A stretch of DNA of 64,000 nt, from the NCBI GenBank assembly GCA_963815115.1, contig CAWFFN010000009.1:128001-192000 (forward strand), written 5' to 3'. This DNA is from an uncultured delta proteobacterium. Lineage in GTDB: Bacteria; Desulfobacterota; Binatia; DP-6. The position numbers were made by a program, and so were the translations under genes. The number at the start of each line of letters is the position of its first letter. The stretch's first letter is position 1. Below the pieces are notes generated by a model. That model was not told the origin of the DNA. It saw nothing but the letters and a program-made list of their open reading frames with translations, and ran no database searches. Below, piece after piece: positions 1 through 9,912 of this stretch.

Positions 1-11
1 TGGAGGCTCCG

Positions 12-674
12 ATGCCGAAAGCAAGGACCACGGAGACGCTGGAAGCGCCCGCCGAGAAGATCCCGCGCTGGGATCTGCAGGTCGACTACGTGGAGACCTG
101 CAACTGCAACTTCGGCTGCCCCTGCAACTTCAGCGGGTACCCGACCGACGGCTACTGCGAGGCCCTCGTCGCCTACCACGTCAAGAAGGGCCGCTTCGGG
201 AAGACGCGGCTCGACGGACTCGACGTGATCTACGCCGCCGCGTGGCCGCAGGCGATTCACCAGGGTGGAGGCACGTTGCGTCTCTACATCTCCGAGGGTG
301 CGTCCGCCGACCAGCGTGCAGCGCTCATCCGGATCTTCTCGGGAAAGGCCAGAGGCAACGGCCCCTTCGCGCTCTTCGGCGGCACGATGGCCACCGTCGA
401 GGATCCCCTCTTCGCGCCCATCGAGGTGACCATCGACGGGCGCCGCAGCGCCTTCCGCGTTCCCGGCCACGTCGAGGTGGCGCTCACGCCGTTCACCAAC
501 CCGGTGTCGGGCGAGGTGCAGGACATCCGCGTCAGCATGCCCAAGGGATTCATCTTCCGGACCGCGCAGGCGGCGCGGACACTGGTGATGAAGCTCTTCG
601 GGACCGGTGCGCTCAGCTTCGATCACTCGGGACAGAACGCATTCTTTGCCCGCCTCGAGTTCGCCGGGCCGTAG
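12..674 (+). CDS. DUF1326 domain-containing protein
   Basis: N-terminal ETCNCNFGCPCNF...C motif, 220 aa, GGAGG RBS upstream. Confidence 0.85.
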   Translation: MPKARTTETLEAPAEKIPRWDLQVDYVETCNCNFGCPCNFSGYPTDGYCEALVAYHVKKGRFGKTRLDGLDVIYAAAWPQAIHQGGGTLRLYISEGASADQRAALIRIFSGKARGNGPFALFGGTMATVEDPLFAPIEVTIDGRRSAFRVPGHVEVALTPFTNPVSGEVQDIRVSMPKGFIFRTAQAARTLVMKLFGTGALSFDHSGQNAFFARLEFAGP

Positions 675-728
675 AGGCACTCTCGCGCCCCGCGGCGCCC
701 GAGACGGCGGATCGCAAAGGAGATCCCC

Positions 729-1439
729 ATGTTGCCCTCGCTCTTCGGTGCCTCTCTCCCTCGAGCCCTCGTCGTGGCTCTTCTCGTGCTCCTTCCGCTC
801 GGGGTCGCCCACGCGAAGCCGAACAATGGGAACTCCGAGGTCCTCAACTGCGGCGACCCCGACAACAAGGACATCTGCCTGCAGTGCTGTACGGAGGACG
901 ACTGTCAGTGCATGCAGAACGCCTGCCTCGACTGCTGCGTCGAGCCGCCGTGTCCCATCATCGACGTCCCGCCGACCACGGCCCTGATGTTCCCGCCGCT
1001 CCGCCTGAAGCTGACCGTGGGCAGGATCAAGCTGCAGTTCGAACGCAAGGGAAAGCTGGTCGGCGGCCAGATCCTCGTGGACGTGAAGCTCACGGAGACG
1101 TTCGCTTCGACGATTTCGAAGCGGACCATCTCGCTGAAGACGGAGCTCGGCGGCGCGAATGCCGGGATCGGTGGCCTCGCCTACCCGGTCGCCTACCTCG
1201 CGCTCGGGGCCGGTGCGCTCGACGCGTTGCATGCGCAGGCACTGGACGTCTCGTTTGCGGGCAATCCGCCTGCCCAGACGTGTCAGGTGCTCCTGGGGTC
1301 GCAGGCCTGTGCGGCTCTCGCGCAGCACCTGGCGGAAACCATCGATTCCGCTCTCGGCACGGGCGACGGCACCGAGAGGAATGCGTTCCTCTCCGCCGTT
1401 CAGACGCTCGGATATCCGCCCTGTCAGATCATTCTCTGA
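729..1439 (+). CDS. Hypothetical secreted cysteine-rich protein
   Basis: Signal-peptide-like N-terminus (ALVVALLVLLPLGVAHA), Cys/Asp-rich segment, AAGGAG RBS upstream. Confidence 0.7.
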   Translation: MLPSLFGASLPRALVVALLVLLPLGVAHAKPNNGNSEVLNCGDPDNKDICLQCCTEDDCQCMQNACLDCCVEPPCPIIDVPPTTALMFPPLRLKLTVGRIKLQFERKGKLVGGQILVDVKLTETFASTISKRTISLKTELGGANAGIGGLAYPVAYLALGAGALDALHAQALDVSFAGNPPAQTCQVLLGSQACAALAQHLAETIDSALGTGDGTERNAFLSAVQTLGYPPCQIIL

Positions 1440-1511
1440 GCCGACCTCCCGCCGCGGCGCGACGCTGGGCCGGGTCGTCGCGCCGCCGGGTCTTCACGAG
1501 GGGATCAGACC

Positions 1512-1946
1512 GTGCCTGCACCGATGACACGCGACGAACGCGAGGGGTTCCTGGCGGCGATTCACGTCGGCGTTCTGACCGTCGACGAACCCGGACGAGG
1601 CCCGCTGTCGGTCCCGGTCTGGTATCTCTACGAAGCCGGGGGCGAGATCGTGATCGTCACGCGGCCCGAGGCGCGCAAGGCGCGGCTGCTGGGAACGGGG
1701 GCACGAGCCTCCTTCTGCGTGCAGTCCGAGGACATGCCGCCGAAGTACGTGACGATCCAGGGACGCGTGGTCTCGGCGGAGCCTGCGGACGTCGAACGCG
1801 ACCTGAAGCCGATCGTCCGCCGATACCTCGGCGCCCCGGTCGGCGACGCCTACGTCGACGGCACGCGGCCGAACGGCACCAACGAGATCGTGGTTCGCAT
1901 TCACCCCGAGCGGTGGTACTCGCGCGACTTCGGCAAGTCCGGGTGA
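1512..1946 (+). CDS. Pyridoxamine 5'-phosphate oxidase-like (PPOX/F420-dependent class) protein
   Basis: MTRDEREGFL...GPLSVPVWY...KARLL...SFCVQ...KYVTIQG pattern; start may be ATG 1524. Confidence 0.8.
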   Translation: MPAPMTRDEREGFLAAIHVGVLTVDEPGRGPLSVPVWYLYEAGGEIVIVTRPEARKARLLGTGARASFCVQSEDMPPKYVTIQGRVVSAEPADVERDLKPIVRRYLGAPVGDAYVDGTRPNGTNEIVVRIHPERWYSRDFGKSG

Positions 1947-1985
1947 GGCTGGTCGCGACCTCACGCGCCCGTGCTAGAAGGCTCC

Positions 1986-3158
1986 ATGCGACGGAGCGAC
2001 GGACGTATCCTCACCACCCACGCCGGCAGCCTGCCGCGTCCGGCGCCGTTGACCGAGGCCTTCGTCAAGCAGAGCCGCGGCGAGCCGGTGGACGCCGGCG
2101 AGCTCGCGCGGCTGGTCGAGGCGTCGACGCGCCAGGCGGTGGAGCACCAGCGGGCGGCGGGCATCGACGTCACCAACGACGGCGAGCAGTCGCGCGAGAG
2201 CTTCTTCACCTACGTGCGCCATCGCCTGAGCGGGTTCGGCGGCGAGAGCGATCGCCCGGTGATGCGCGACCTGCTGCGCTACCCGAGCTTCGTCGAGCAG
2301 AAGCTCCCCGAATTCTCGCGCCCGATGGTCAACCTGATGCGCGCTCCGAGCGCCATCGGCCCCGTACGCTACCTCGACCCGGAGGCGCCGGTCCGCGACG
2401 TGCAGCGATACCTCGACGTCGTCGCCGCGCTGCCCGACGCGCCGGTCGAGTCGTTCATGACCGCGCCGTCGCCGGGGATCGTGGCCGCGGCGATGCAGAA
2501 CGCCTACTACCCGGACCTCGCCAGCTACGTCGGCGCGCTCGGCGATGCGCTGCGCGTCGAGTACGAGGCCATCGTCGATCACGGGCTCGTCCTGCAGGTC
2601 GATGCGCCCGACCTCGCCATGGAGCGGCACACGCTCTTCGCCGACCGATCGCTCGACGAGTACCTCGCCTTCGTCGACCTGGTCATCGACGCGCTGAACG
2701 GCGCTCTCGCGCGCTGCCCGCCCGACCGCGTCCGGCTCCACGTCTGCTGGGGCAACTACGAGGGGCCGCACGACCTCGACGTGCCCCTCGAGCCGCTTCT
2801 GCCTCACCTCTATCGCGCCCGCGTCGGCGCCCTCGTGCTCTCCATGGCGAACCCGCGGCACGCGCACGAGCACCGCTGCTTCGCCCGTCACCCGCTGCCG
2901 GCGGACTGGCTGCTGGTCGCGGGCGTCATCGACACCACGACGAACTACGTCGAGCACCCCGAGGTGGTGGCCGATCGCCTGGAGCGCATCGCCGCGGCGG
3001 TGGGCAACCCCCGCCGCGTCCTCGCCGGCACCGACTGCGGCTTCGACACCGCGGCCGGGCTCGGAGACGTGGCCGAGGACGTGGTGTGGGCGAAGCTGCG
3101 TGCCATGCGCGAGGGAGCCGACCTGGCCAGCCGGCGGCTGCTGGGCGGCGGGGCGTGA
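1986..3158 (+). CDS. Cobalamin-independent methionine synthase II family protein
   Basis: TTHAGSLPRP, DGEQ, HVCWGNY and GTDCGF (Zn ligands) motifs. Confidence 0.9.
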   Translation: MRRSDGRILTTHAGSLPRPAPLTEAFVKQSRGEPVDAGELARLVEASTRQAVEHQRAAGIDVTNDGEQSRESFFTYVRHRLSGFGGESDRPVMRDLLRYPSFVEQKLPEFSRPMVNLMRAPSAIGPVRYLDPEAPVRDVQRYLDVVAALPDAPVESFMTAPSPGIVAAAMQNAYYPDLASYVGALGDALRVEYEAIVDHGLVLQVDAPDLAMERHTLFADRSLDEYLAFVDLVIDALNGALARCPPDRVRLHVCWGNYEGPHDLDVPLEPLLPHLYRARVGALVLSMANPRHAHEHRCFARHPLPADWLLVAGVIDTTTNYVEHPEVVADRLERIAAAVGNPRRVLAGTDCGFDTAAGLGDVAEDVVWAKLRAMREGADLASRRLLGGGA

Positions 3159-3162
3159 CCGG

Positions 3163-6100
3163 TCAGCGGCTGGCGACGGCGCGCTCGACCGGACGCTCGG
3201 CGCGCGCCGCGGCGGCGAGCCGTTTGCGCTCCGCGGAGCGCCGCAGGATGACGTAGAACACCGGCGTCAGGAAGAGGCCGAAGAACGTGACGCCGAGCAT
3301 CCCGCTGAAGACGGTGGTGCCGAGCACCTGCCGCATCTCGGCGCCGGGGCCGGCGGCGGTCACCATCGGCACGACGCCGAGGATGAAGGCGAAGGCGGTC
3401 ATGAGGATGGGCCGCAGCCGCAGGCGACAGGCCTCGACGGCGGCGGCGAAGCGATCCTTGCCCTCCTCCTCCTGCTGCTTCGCGAACTCGACGATCAGCA
3501 CGGCGTTCTTCGCCGCGAGGCCGATCAGGGTGACGAAGCCGATCTGGGTGATCAGGTTGTTGTCGATGCCGCGCGCCCAGGCGCCGCCGAGCGCGAACGG
3601 CAGGCACACCGGCGCGATGAGGATGATCGCGAGTGCGAGCGACCAGCTCTCGTACTCGGCCGAGTGCACCAGGAACACGAACAGCACGCACAGCGGGAAG
3701 ATGAAGAGCGCGCTGTTGCCGGCGAGCTGCTCCTGGTACGCGATGTCGGTCCACGCGATGGCGAAGCCGGGCGGCAGGATGGTGGCGGCCAGGCGCTCCA
3801 TGGTGGCGATGGCGTCGCCCGAGCTGTAGCCGGGCGCGGAGTCGCCCTGCACCTCCGCGGCAGGGAACATGTTGTAGCGCACGATCCGATCGGAGCCGCT
3901 CCTCCACTGCACGTCGAGGACCGAGCCGAGCGGGACCATGCCGCCCTCGGCGTTGCGGGTCTTCAGACGCTGGATGTCGGCCGGGTCGGCCCGGAAGCCG
4001 CCCTCGGCCTGGGTCCGGACCTGGAACGTGCGCCCGAAACGATTGAAGTCGTTCACGTACGCCGAGCCGAGGTAGACCTGGAGGGCGTCGAAGACGTTGC
4101 TCAGCGGCACGTTCAGCTTTTGCGCCTTCACGCGGTCGATGTCGGCGTAGAGCTGCGGCGTGCTGGCACGGAAGGTGGTGAAGACCCCGCGCAGCGAGGG
4201 TTCCTTGTGGGCGGCGGCGACCAGCTCGTCGGTGGCTTGCTGCAGGGCCTTGAAGCCGCGTCCCGCGCGGTCCTGGACGAGCAGCTTGAAGCCGCCGGCG
4301 GTGCCGAGGCCGCGCACGGGTGGCGGGGGGATGACGAAGATCTGCGCGTCCTGGATCTCCGAGAGTCGATGCTGGAGCGTGGAGACCAGCTCGGTGGAGG
4401 TCGGGCCGTGTCGCGCCCGCTCGTCGAACGGCGCCGGCCCCACGAAGATCGCTCCCGCGTTCGACGCATTGGCGCGCGTGGCCCCCGAGAACCCGGCGAA
4501 CGCCACCGCGAACCTGATCCCCGGGGTGCCGAGGATGATCTCGCTGGCCCGGCGCACCACCGCGTCGGTGCGCTCGAGCGACGCGCCGTCGGGGAGCTGG
4601 ATCGCGGTGATCAGGTATCCCATGTCCTGCGCCGGGATGAATCCCCGCGGGACCTCGCGGAAGCCGAGCCCCGTCAGCGCGATCAGGACGGCATAGAGGG
4701 CGAGCCCGATCGCCACCCGGCGCACCAGCCATGCGACGGCGCCGGCGTAGCGCCCGCTCAGGCTGACGAAGGCGCGGTTGAAGGCGGCGAAGAAGCGCCC
4801 GAGGAGCTGGTCCCACAGGCGTTCGAACCAGTCCTTCGGGGCGTCGTGCGGCTTGAGCAGGATGGCGCACATCGCGGGGCTCAGGGTGAGCGAGTTGAAC
4901 GCCGACAGGATGGTCGACACCGCGATGGTGAGCGCGAACTGGCGGAAGAACTGTCCCGAGATGCCGGAGATGAAGGCCGTCGGGACGAACACCGCGGACA
5001 GGCCGAAGGCGATGGCGATCACCGCGGGGGTGACCTCGTCCATCGCCTTGCGGGTGGCGTCGCGTGAAGACATGCCGTCGGCGATGTGGCGCTCGACGTT
5101 CTCGACCACCACGATGGCGTCGTCGACGACGATGCCGATGGCGAGGACGAGGCCGAAGAGGGACAGCATGTTGAGCGAGAAGCCCATGGCCGCCATGACG
5201 GCGAAGGTGCCGATCAGCGACACCGGGATGGCGAGCAGCGGGATCACCGTGGCGCGCCAGTTCTGCAGGAAGACCAGCACCACGAGGATGACGAGTGCCA
5301 CGGCCTCGAAGAGCGTGTGGATGACCGCGTTGATCGACTCGCGGACGAAGACGGTGGGATTGTAGACGATGCGGTACTCGAGACCCTGCGGGAACGTCTT
5401 CGAGAGCTGGGCCATCGTGGCCTCGATGGCGTCGGCGGTGGCGAGGGCGTTCGATCCCGGGCGCTGGAGGACGGCCATCGCCACCGCGGGCTGGTTGTCG
5501 AGGTAGCTGTTGACCGTGTAGTCGCGCGCGCCCAGCTCGATGCGCGCGACGTCGCGCACGCGGGTGACGCGTCCATCGGTGCCGGTCTTCACGATGACGT
5601 CGGCGAACTGGTCCGCCTCGAGCAGCCGGCCCAGGGTGTTCACGGAGAGCTGATACGCGTTCCCCTGCGGCACCGGCGGCTGGCCGATGACGCCGGAGGC
5701 CACCTGCAGGTTCTGCTCGCGCAGCGCGTTCACCACGTCGCCCGGCGTGAGGTTCAGGTAGGCCAGGCGCTCGGGATCGAGCCAGACCCGCATGCTGTAC
5801 TCGCGCAGCCCGAACAGCGTCACGCTGCCAACCCCGTCCACCCGGGCGAGCTGATCCCGCACCTGGATGAGGGCGTAGTTGCCGATGTAGAGCTGGTCGT
5901 AGCGGTTGTCGGGCGAGATCAGGTGGACCACCATCAGGAGATCGGGGGACGACTTGATGGTGGTGACGCCGAGCCGGCGGACGTCTTCCGGCAGGCGGGG
6001 CTGGGCGATGGCGACGCGGTTCTGCACCAGGACCTGCGCCTTGTCGAGGTCGGTGCCGAGCTTGAACGTGATGGTGAGCTGCATCTGCCCGTCGGTCGTC

Positions 6101-6351
6101 GACTGCGACGACATGTAGAGCATGTCCTCGACGCCGTTGACCTCCTGCTCGATGGGCGTGGCGACGGTCTCGGCGATGACCTCGGGAGGTGCGCCGGGGT
6201 AGCTGGCGGTGACGACGATCGTGGGTGGCACGACGTCGGGGTACTGGGCAGAGGCCATCGACAGGTAGGCGATGACGCCCACGATGATGGTCACGATCGA
6301 GATGACCGCGGCGAAGATCGGACGGTCGATGAAGAAGCGCGAGATGTTCAT
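3163..6351 (-). CDS. RND multidrug efflux permease (HAE1, MexF/BepE-like)
   Basis: 1062 aa; FFIDRPIFA, GIVVDDAIVVVENVER, AKNAVLIVEFA and RLRPILMT motifs. Confidence 0.95.
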   Translation of the reverse strand: MNISRFFIDRPIFAAVISIVTIIVGVIAYLSMASAQYPDVVPPTIVVTASYPGAPPEVIAETVATPIEQEVNGVEDMLYMSSQSTTDGQMQLTITFKLGTDLDKAQVLVQNRVAIAQPRLPEDVRRLGVTTIKSSPDLLMVVHLISPDNRYDQLYIGNYALIQVRDQLARVDGVGSVTLFGLREYSMRVWLDPERLAYLNLTPGDVVNALREQNLQVASGVIGQPPVPQGNAYQLSVNTLGRLLEADQFADVIVKTGTDGRVTRVRDVARIELGARDYTVNSYLDNQPAVAMAVLQRPGSNALATADAIEATMAQLSKTFPQGLEYRIVYNPTVFVRESINAVIHTLFEAVALVILVVLVFLQNWRATVIPLLAIPVSLIGTFAVMAAMGFSLNMLSLFGLVLAIGIVVDDAIVVVENVERHIADGMSSRDATRKAMDEVTPAVIAIAFGLSAVFVPTAFISGISGQFFRQFALTIAVSTILSAFNSLTLSPAMCAILLKPHDAPKDWFERLWDQLLGRFFAAFNRAFVSLSGRYAGAVAWLVRRVAIGLALYAVLIALTGLGFREVPRGFIPAQDMGYLITAIQLPDGASLERTDAVVRRASEIILGTPGIRFAVAFAGFSGATRANASNAGAIFVGPAPFDERARHGPTSTELVSTLQHRLSEIQDAQIFVIPPPPVRGLGTAGGFKLLVQDRAGRGFKALQQATDELVAAAHKEPSLRGVFTTFRASTPQLYADIDRVKAQKLNVPLSNVFDALQVYLGSAYVNDFNRFGRTFQVRTQAEGGFRADPADIQRLKTRNAEGGMVPLGSVLDVQWRSGSDRIVRYNMFPAAEVQGDSAPGYSSGDAIATMERLAATILPPGFAIAWTDIAYQEQLAGNSALFIFPLCVLFVFLVHSAEYESWSLALAIILIAPVCLPFALGGAWARGIDNNLITQIGFVTLIGLAAKNAVLIVEFAKQQEEEGKDRFAAAVEACRLRLRPILMTAFAFILGVVPMVTAAGPGAEMRQVLGTTVFSGMLGVTFFGLFLTPVFYVILRRSAERKRLAAAARAERPVERAVASR

Positions 6352-6355
6352 CGCG

Positions 6356-7516
6356 TCACTGCGCGTCGAGCGGCGCCGGCGGTGCGCCTGCCGCCTGATC
6401 GGCGTCGGACGGAGGCGGGAGCTGCTCCTCCTGGGCCTCGACGACGGCGTCCGGCCGCGCCCGCTGTATGCCCTTCACGATCACCCGGTCGGTAGGCGTG
6501 AGACCCTCGCGGACGACGCGCAGCCCGTCGTGCAGCGAGCCGACCGTGATCTTCCGGTAGTGGACCCTGTCGTCGCCGTCGACCACCCAGACGAATTTCT
6601 CGGCCTGGTCGCTCTGCACCGCGTCGTCGGGGACGAGGAGCGCCTTGTAGTGCCCGCTGCCGATCAGCCGGAGCCGGACGAAGAGGCCGGGCGCGAGCAG
6701 CCCGTCGGAGTTGGGGATGATGGCGCGTCCCTGGATCGTCCCGGTGCCGCGGTCGATCTGGTTGTCGACGAAGTCCATGTACCCCTGGTGCGGGAAGCCC
6801 TTCTCGTCGGCCAGCCCCACCTGCACCGGGTTCTTGTAGTCGCGCGAGCTGGGTCGCTCGCCCGACTTGGCGAGACGGACGTACTTCAGGTAGTCGCGCT
6901 CGTTGGCCTCGAAGTAGACGTACAGGGGATCGAGCGAGACGATGGTGGTGAGGAGCGTGCCCTGGGTGCCCACGCCGCCGTTGATCAGGTTGCCCTCGGT
7001 CACGAGCTTGCGGCTGACGCGGCCGCTCACCGGCGCCGTGACCCGGGTGAACTCGACGTCGAGCCTGGCGGCATCGACGGCGGCCTGCGACGTCGCCACC
7101 CCCGCCTCTGCCTGGCGGACGAAGGCCGCGCGGGTCTCGGCCTCTTCCTTGGACATCGCGTTGCTCTTCACCAGGTACTGGGCCCTGGCGAGGTTCTTCT
7201 GCGCGAGGTCCAGGCGGGACTTCGCGAGCGCGAGATCACCCTCCGCCCGGCGGAGCTGGGCCTCGTAGGGGCGCGGATCGATGAGGAAGAGCAGCTCGCC
7301 CTTCTTCACCACCGAGCCCTCGCGGAAGTGCACCGACTCGAGGTAGCCGCTCACCCGCGCCCGGACCTCGACCGAATCGATCGCCTCGAGGCGCGCGGTG
7401 TATTCGTCCCAGTCGGTGAGCTGGCGCTCGACCGGGTGTGCCACGGTCACCTTCGCAGGCGGGGGCGTCGTCTCCGTGGCCCGGTTGCAGGCGGCGAGCG
7501 CAAGGAGGCACAGCAC
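6356..7516 (-). CDS. RND efflux periplasmic adaptor (membrane fusion lipoprotein)
   Basis: LAAC lipobox; EVRARVSGY, LLFLIDPRPY and TRVTAPVSGRV motifs; directly upstream of the permease. Confidence 0.93.
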   Translation of the reverse strand: MLCLLALAACNRATETTPPPAKVTVAHPVERQLTDWDEYTARLEAIDSVEVRARVSGYLESVHFREGSVVKKGELLFLIDPRPYEAQLRRAEGDLALAKSRLDLAQKNLARAQYLVKSNAMSKEEAETRAAFVRQAEAGVATSQAAVDAARLDVEFTRVTAPVSGRVSRKLVTEGNLINGGVGTQGTLLTTIVSLDPLYVYFEANERDYLKYVRLAKSGERPSSRDYKNPVQVGLADEKGFPHQGYMDFVDNQIDRGTGTIQGRAIIPNSDGLLAPGLFVRLRLIGSGHYKALLVPDDAVQSDQAEKFVWVVDGDDRVHYRKITVGSLHDGLRVVREGLTPTDRVIVKGIQRARPDAVVEAQEEQLPPPSDADQAAGAPPAPLDAQ

Positions 7517-7661
7517 CGTCGTGAGTACTCCGGGAACTGCGGCGGCCAGTCGGATCCTGCGGAGCCGGGGGGGGGAACGAGCGTCGACAATCGTGCGCGG
7601 ATTGGGGTTCGGTATATGTGCGCGACAAATTGTTGCAAGTCCCTTGCGCTATGGCCCTTGC

Positions 7662-8507
7662 TCATTCGCCCGCGTTCGAGAACAGGATGTCCACGACGTC
7701 GCACAGCGGCTCGTATCCGATCCGGGCGTAGATCGCGTTCGACGTGGGATTCGCGAGGTCGGTGTAGAGGAAGCAGGACCGCCGCCCGGCACGCAGGAGG
7801 TGGTCGCTCAACGCGGCCACGGCCGCGGTCGCGTACCCCCTGCTGCGCTGTGACGGGGGCGTGTAGACATAGCCCACCCGGACGCCGTTCGGCGTTCGGG
7901 CCGACGCTGCGGCCATCGAGCGGGGCTCGCCGTCCGTCCAGAGGTGCACCGCCCGATCGTGAAGCAGCTCTTCGGCCCTGCGGCGCAGATCGCCCGCATC
8001 GCTGGCGGTCTCGGCGGCGAACGCGCCCAGCCAGTCGACGAGCAGGGGAATATCGGCTTCGGTCGCCGGGCGCAGTGTGCCGCTCGGCACCCGGCTCGGA
8101 ACCGTCACGCGGGTGAGCGCGTGGATCCGTTGACGTGTGCCGAACCTCACCGGGCACCCGGTTCGTCGACCCCACAGCTCGGCGAAACGCGCCGCCTCCT
8201 CTTCCGGTCCGAGGACGGCCGGAAGCGAGGCGTACACGCCGGCGACGTGCTCCGCGACCAGCTCCACCCCCGCCCGCGGCATGCGGGTGAGTCCGAGCTT
8301 GAAGGGCGGCGTCCGGAACGCGCAGCCGGCGACCTCGCCATCGATGTCGATCGACACCAGGTAGATCGGCTGCTGGAACGCGTGGTCGCCCGAGATCAGC
8401 TTCGGCAGGAGGCCGAGGAGGAGGTTGTGCTCGGCTTCCCGGCGCAGGAGCCACGGCTCGGCGCAGGCGGCGAAGCTCGCGGCGTCTGGATACTCCCGGA
8501 CGTGCAT
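7662..8507 (-). CDS. GNAT family N-acetyltransferase
   Basis: C-terminal VYTPPSQRSRGYA acetyl-CoA motif and LYTDLANPTSNAIYARIGY; GGA before ATG 8507. Confidence 0.88.
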   Translation of the reverse strand: MHVREYPDAASFAACAEPWLLRREAEHNLLLGLLPKLISGDHAFQQPIYLVSIDIDGEVAGCAFRTPPFKLGLTRMPRAGVELVAEHVAGVYASLPAVLGPEEEAARFAELWGRRTGCPVRFGTRQRIHALTRVTVPSRVPSGTLRPATEADIPLLVDWLGAFAAETASDAGDLRRRAEELLHDRAVHLWTDGEPRSMAAASARTPNGVRVGYVYTPPSQRSRGYATAAVAALSDHLLRAGRRSCFLYTDLANPTSNAIYARIGYEPLCDVVDILFSNAGE

Positions 8508-8524
8508 GGCTTCGCATCCGGAGG

Positions 8525-9025
8525 TCAGAGATAGCCGAACGCCTTCAGCCGCTTGATGACCTCGCGCTCCTCGAGCGCGGAGTAGGCGGCGGTGCCGACC
8601 TGCGCCTCGAGGAAGCCGAGCAGCTCCATGGTGCGGAGCACGCGGTCTGCTGCGTTGCCGGTACCGAGCTCGGGTACCGCCACCTCGACCTCGGCACGCA
8701 GCGGCGGCTCGTAGGCGGCGCCCGCGCAACCCGACGACGGCACGTACACCTCGATCAACCGCCCGAGCGCCGTGCGCGCGCGATCGCGCGCCGCTCGCGA
8801 CGGGGTCGGCAGCGCCACGACGGTGACCACGCCGTGACGCGCCAGCACGCCGGCGACGAACGTCGCCGTTCCCTCCGTGCGCAGCGCCTCGGCGCCGGGC
8901 GTCCGGGAGTCGATCAGCTCGGTGGGCGTTCCCCGGCCGCGCAACCGGCCGTCGATCTCGAGCGCGACGCGCTCGACGACGGACGCCTCGGGCCCCGTCA
9001 CGAGCACCGTGAAGCCATCGCTCAT
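8525..9025 (-). CDS. Adenylylsulfate kinase (CysC)-like protein with degenerate P-loop
   Basis: GFTVLVTG..., FVAGVLARHGVVTVVA, RAARDRAR, IEVYV, YEPP and RLKAFGYL resemble CysC, but GK[ST] is absent. Confidence 0.6.
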   Translation of the reverse strand: MSDGFTVLVTGPEASVVERVALEIDGRLRGRGTPTELIDSRTPGAEALRTEGTATFVAGVLARHGVVTVVALPTPSRAARDRARTALGRLIEVYVPSSGCAGAAYEPPLRAEVEVAVPELGTGNAADRVLRTMELLGFLEAQVGTAAYSALEEREVIKRLKAFGYL

Positions 9026-9912
9026 GCGCCCTCCGCCGCGCCGGGGAAGCGGCCGGGCCGGAAGATGACCTTCTTCTCCTTCACCACCAGCTGGTCGTTC
9101 AGGAAGAGCTGGACGGCCTGGGACAGCACCTTGCCCTCGAGCGCCTGGCCGCGCGCCTTCACCTCGTCGAGCGTGTCCTCGCCGACGCGGATGTGGAAGA
9201 CGTCCTGCAGGATCACGGGTCCGGCGTCGAGCTGCTCGGTGACGAAGTGTGCGGTGCAACCCGAGACGCGCACGCCCTCCTCCCACGCCTGCTTGTAGGC
9301 GTTCGATCCCGGGTGGTACGGCAGCAGCGAGGGGTGGATGTTGATGATGCGGAAGGGATAGCGCTCGATGACCTTCGGCGTCAGCACCTGCATGTAACGC
9401 GCGAGGACGACGAGGTCGGGCTTGGCCGCGCCGAGGCGCTCGAGCAGGAAGTCGAAGTGGGCGGTCTTGTCGGCGGAGGAGCTCCATGCGAACGGGATGC
9501 CCGCTTCGCGCGCGACGCTCTCCAGCACGTCGTGGTTGGACAGCACCAGGGCGAGCTCGCCGTTCAGCAGGCCCGCGTCACGGTCGCGCACGAGCTGCTC
9601 GAGGCAGTGGGCCTCTCTGGTGACCAGCACGGCGACCCGCTTCGGCTCGGCGGTGCCTCCGGCGAGCCGCAGCTTCACCTCCATGTTGATCTCGGCGCCG
9701 ATGAGCCTGAGCCCGTCGACCAGCTCGTCGAGCGTGCAGCTCAGCTCGGTGAGGTCGACCAGCATGGTCATGATGAAGAGCCCTTCCATGACCTTCTGCT
9801 CGATGTCCTCGATGTTGATGTCGCAGCCGGCGAGATAGGTGGAGACGCGGGCGACCACGCCCTTCTGGTCGCGGCCGATGACGGACACGACGGCGCGGTT
9901 CCGACCCGTCAT
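9022..9912 (-). CDS. purU: Formyltetrahydrofolate deformylase
   Basis: N-terminal ACT domain (GRDQKGVVA) plus formyltransferase motifs LARYMQ, INIHPSLLP, GCTAHFV, LDAGPVI. Confidence 0.88.
   Translation of the reverse strand: MTGRNRAVVSVIGRDQKGVVARVSTYLAGCDINIEDIEQKVMEGLFIMTMLVDLTELSCTLDELVDGLRLIGAEINMEVKLRLAGGTAEPKRVAVLVTREAHCLEQLVRDRDAGLLNGELALVLSNHDVLESVAREAGIPFAWSSSADKTAHFDFLLERLGAAKPDLVVLARYMQVLTPKVIERYPFRIINIHPSLLPYHPGSNAYKQAWEEGVRVSGCTAHFVTEQLDAGPVILQDVFHIRVGEDTLDEVKARGQALEGKVLSQAVQLFLNDQLVVKEKKVIFRPGRFPGAAEGA

Noticed and set aside
242-3256. 1004-aa ORF and the many other long Arg/Pro/Ala-rich or antisense ORFs in the track (e.g. 53863-57087, 9981-12494)
   Set aside because: Shadow frames of real genes in high-GC sequence, with no motifs.
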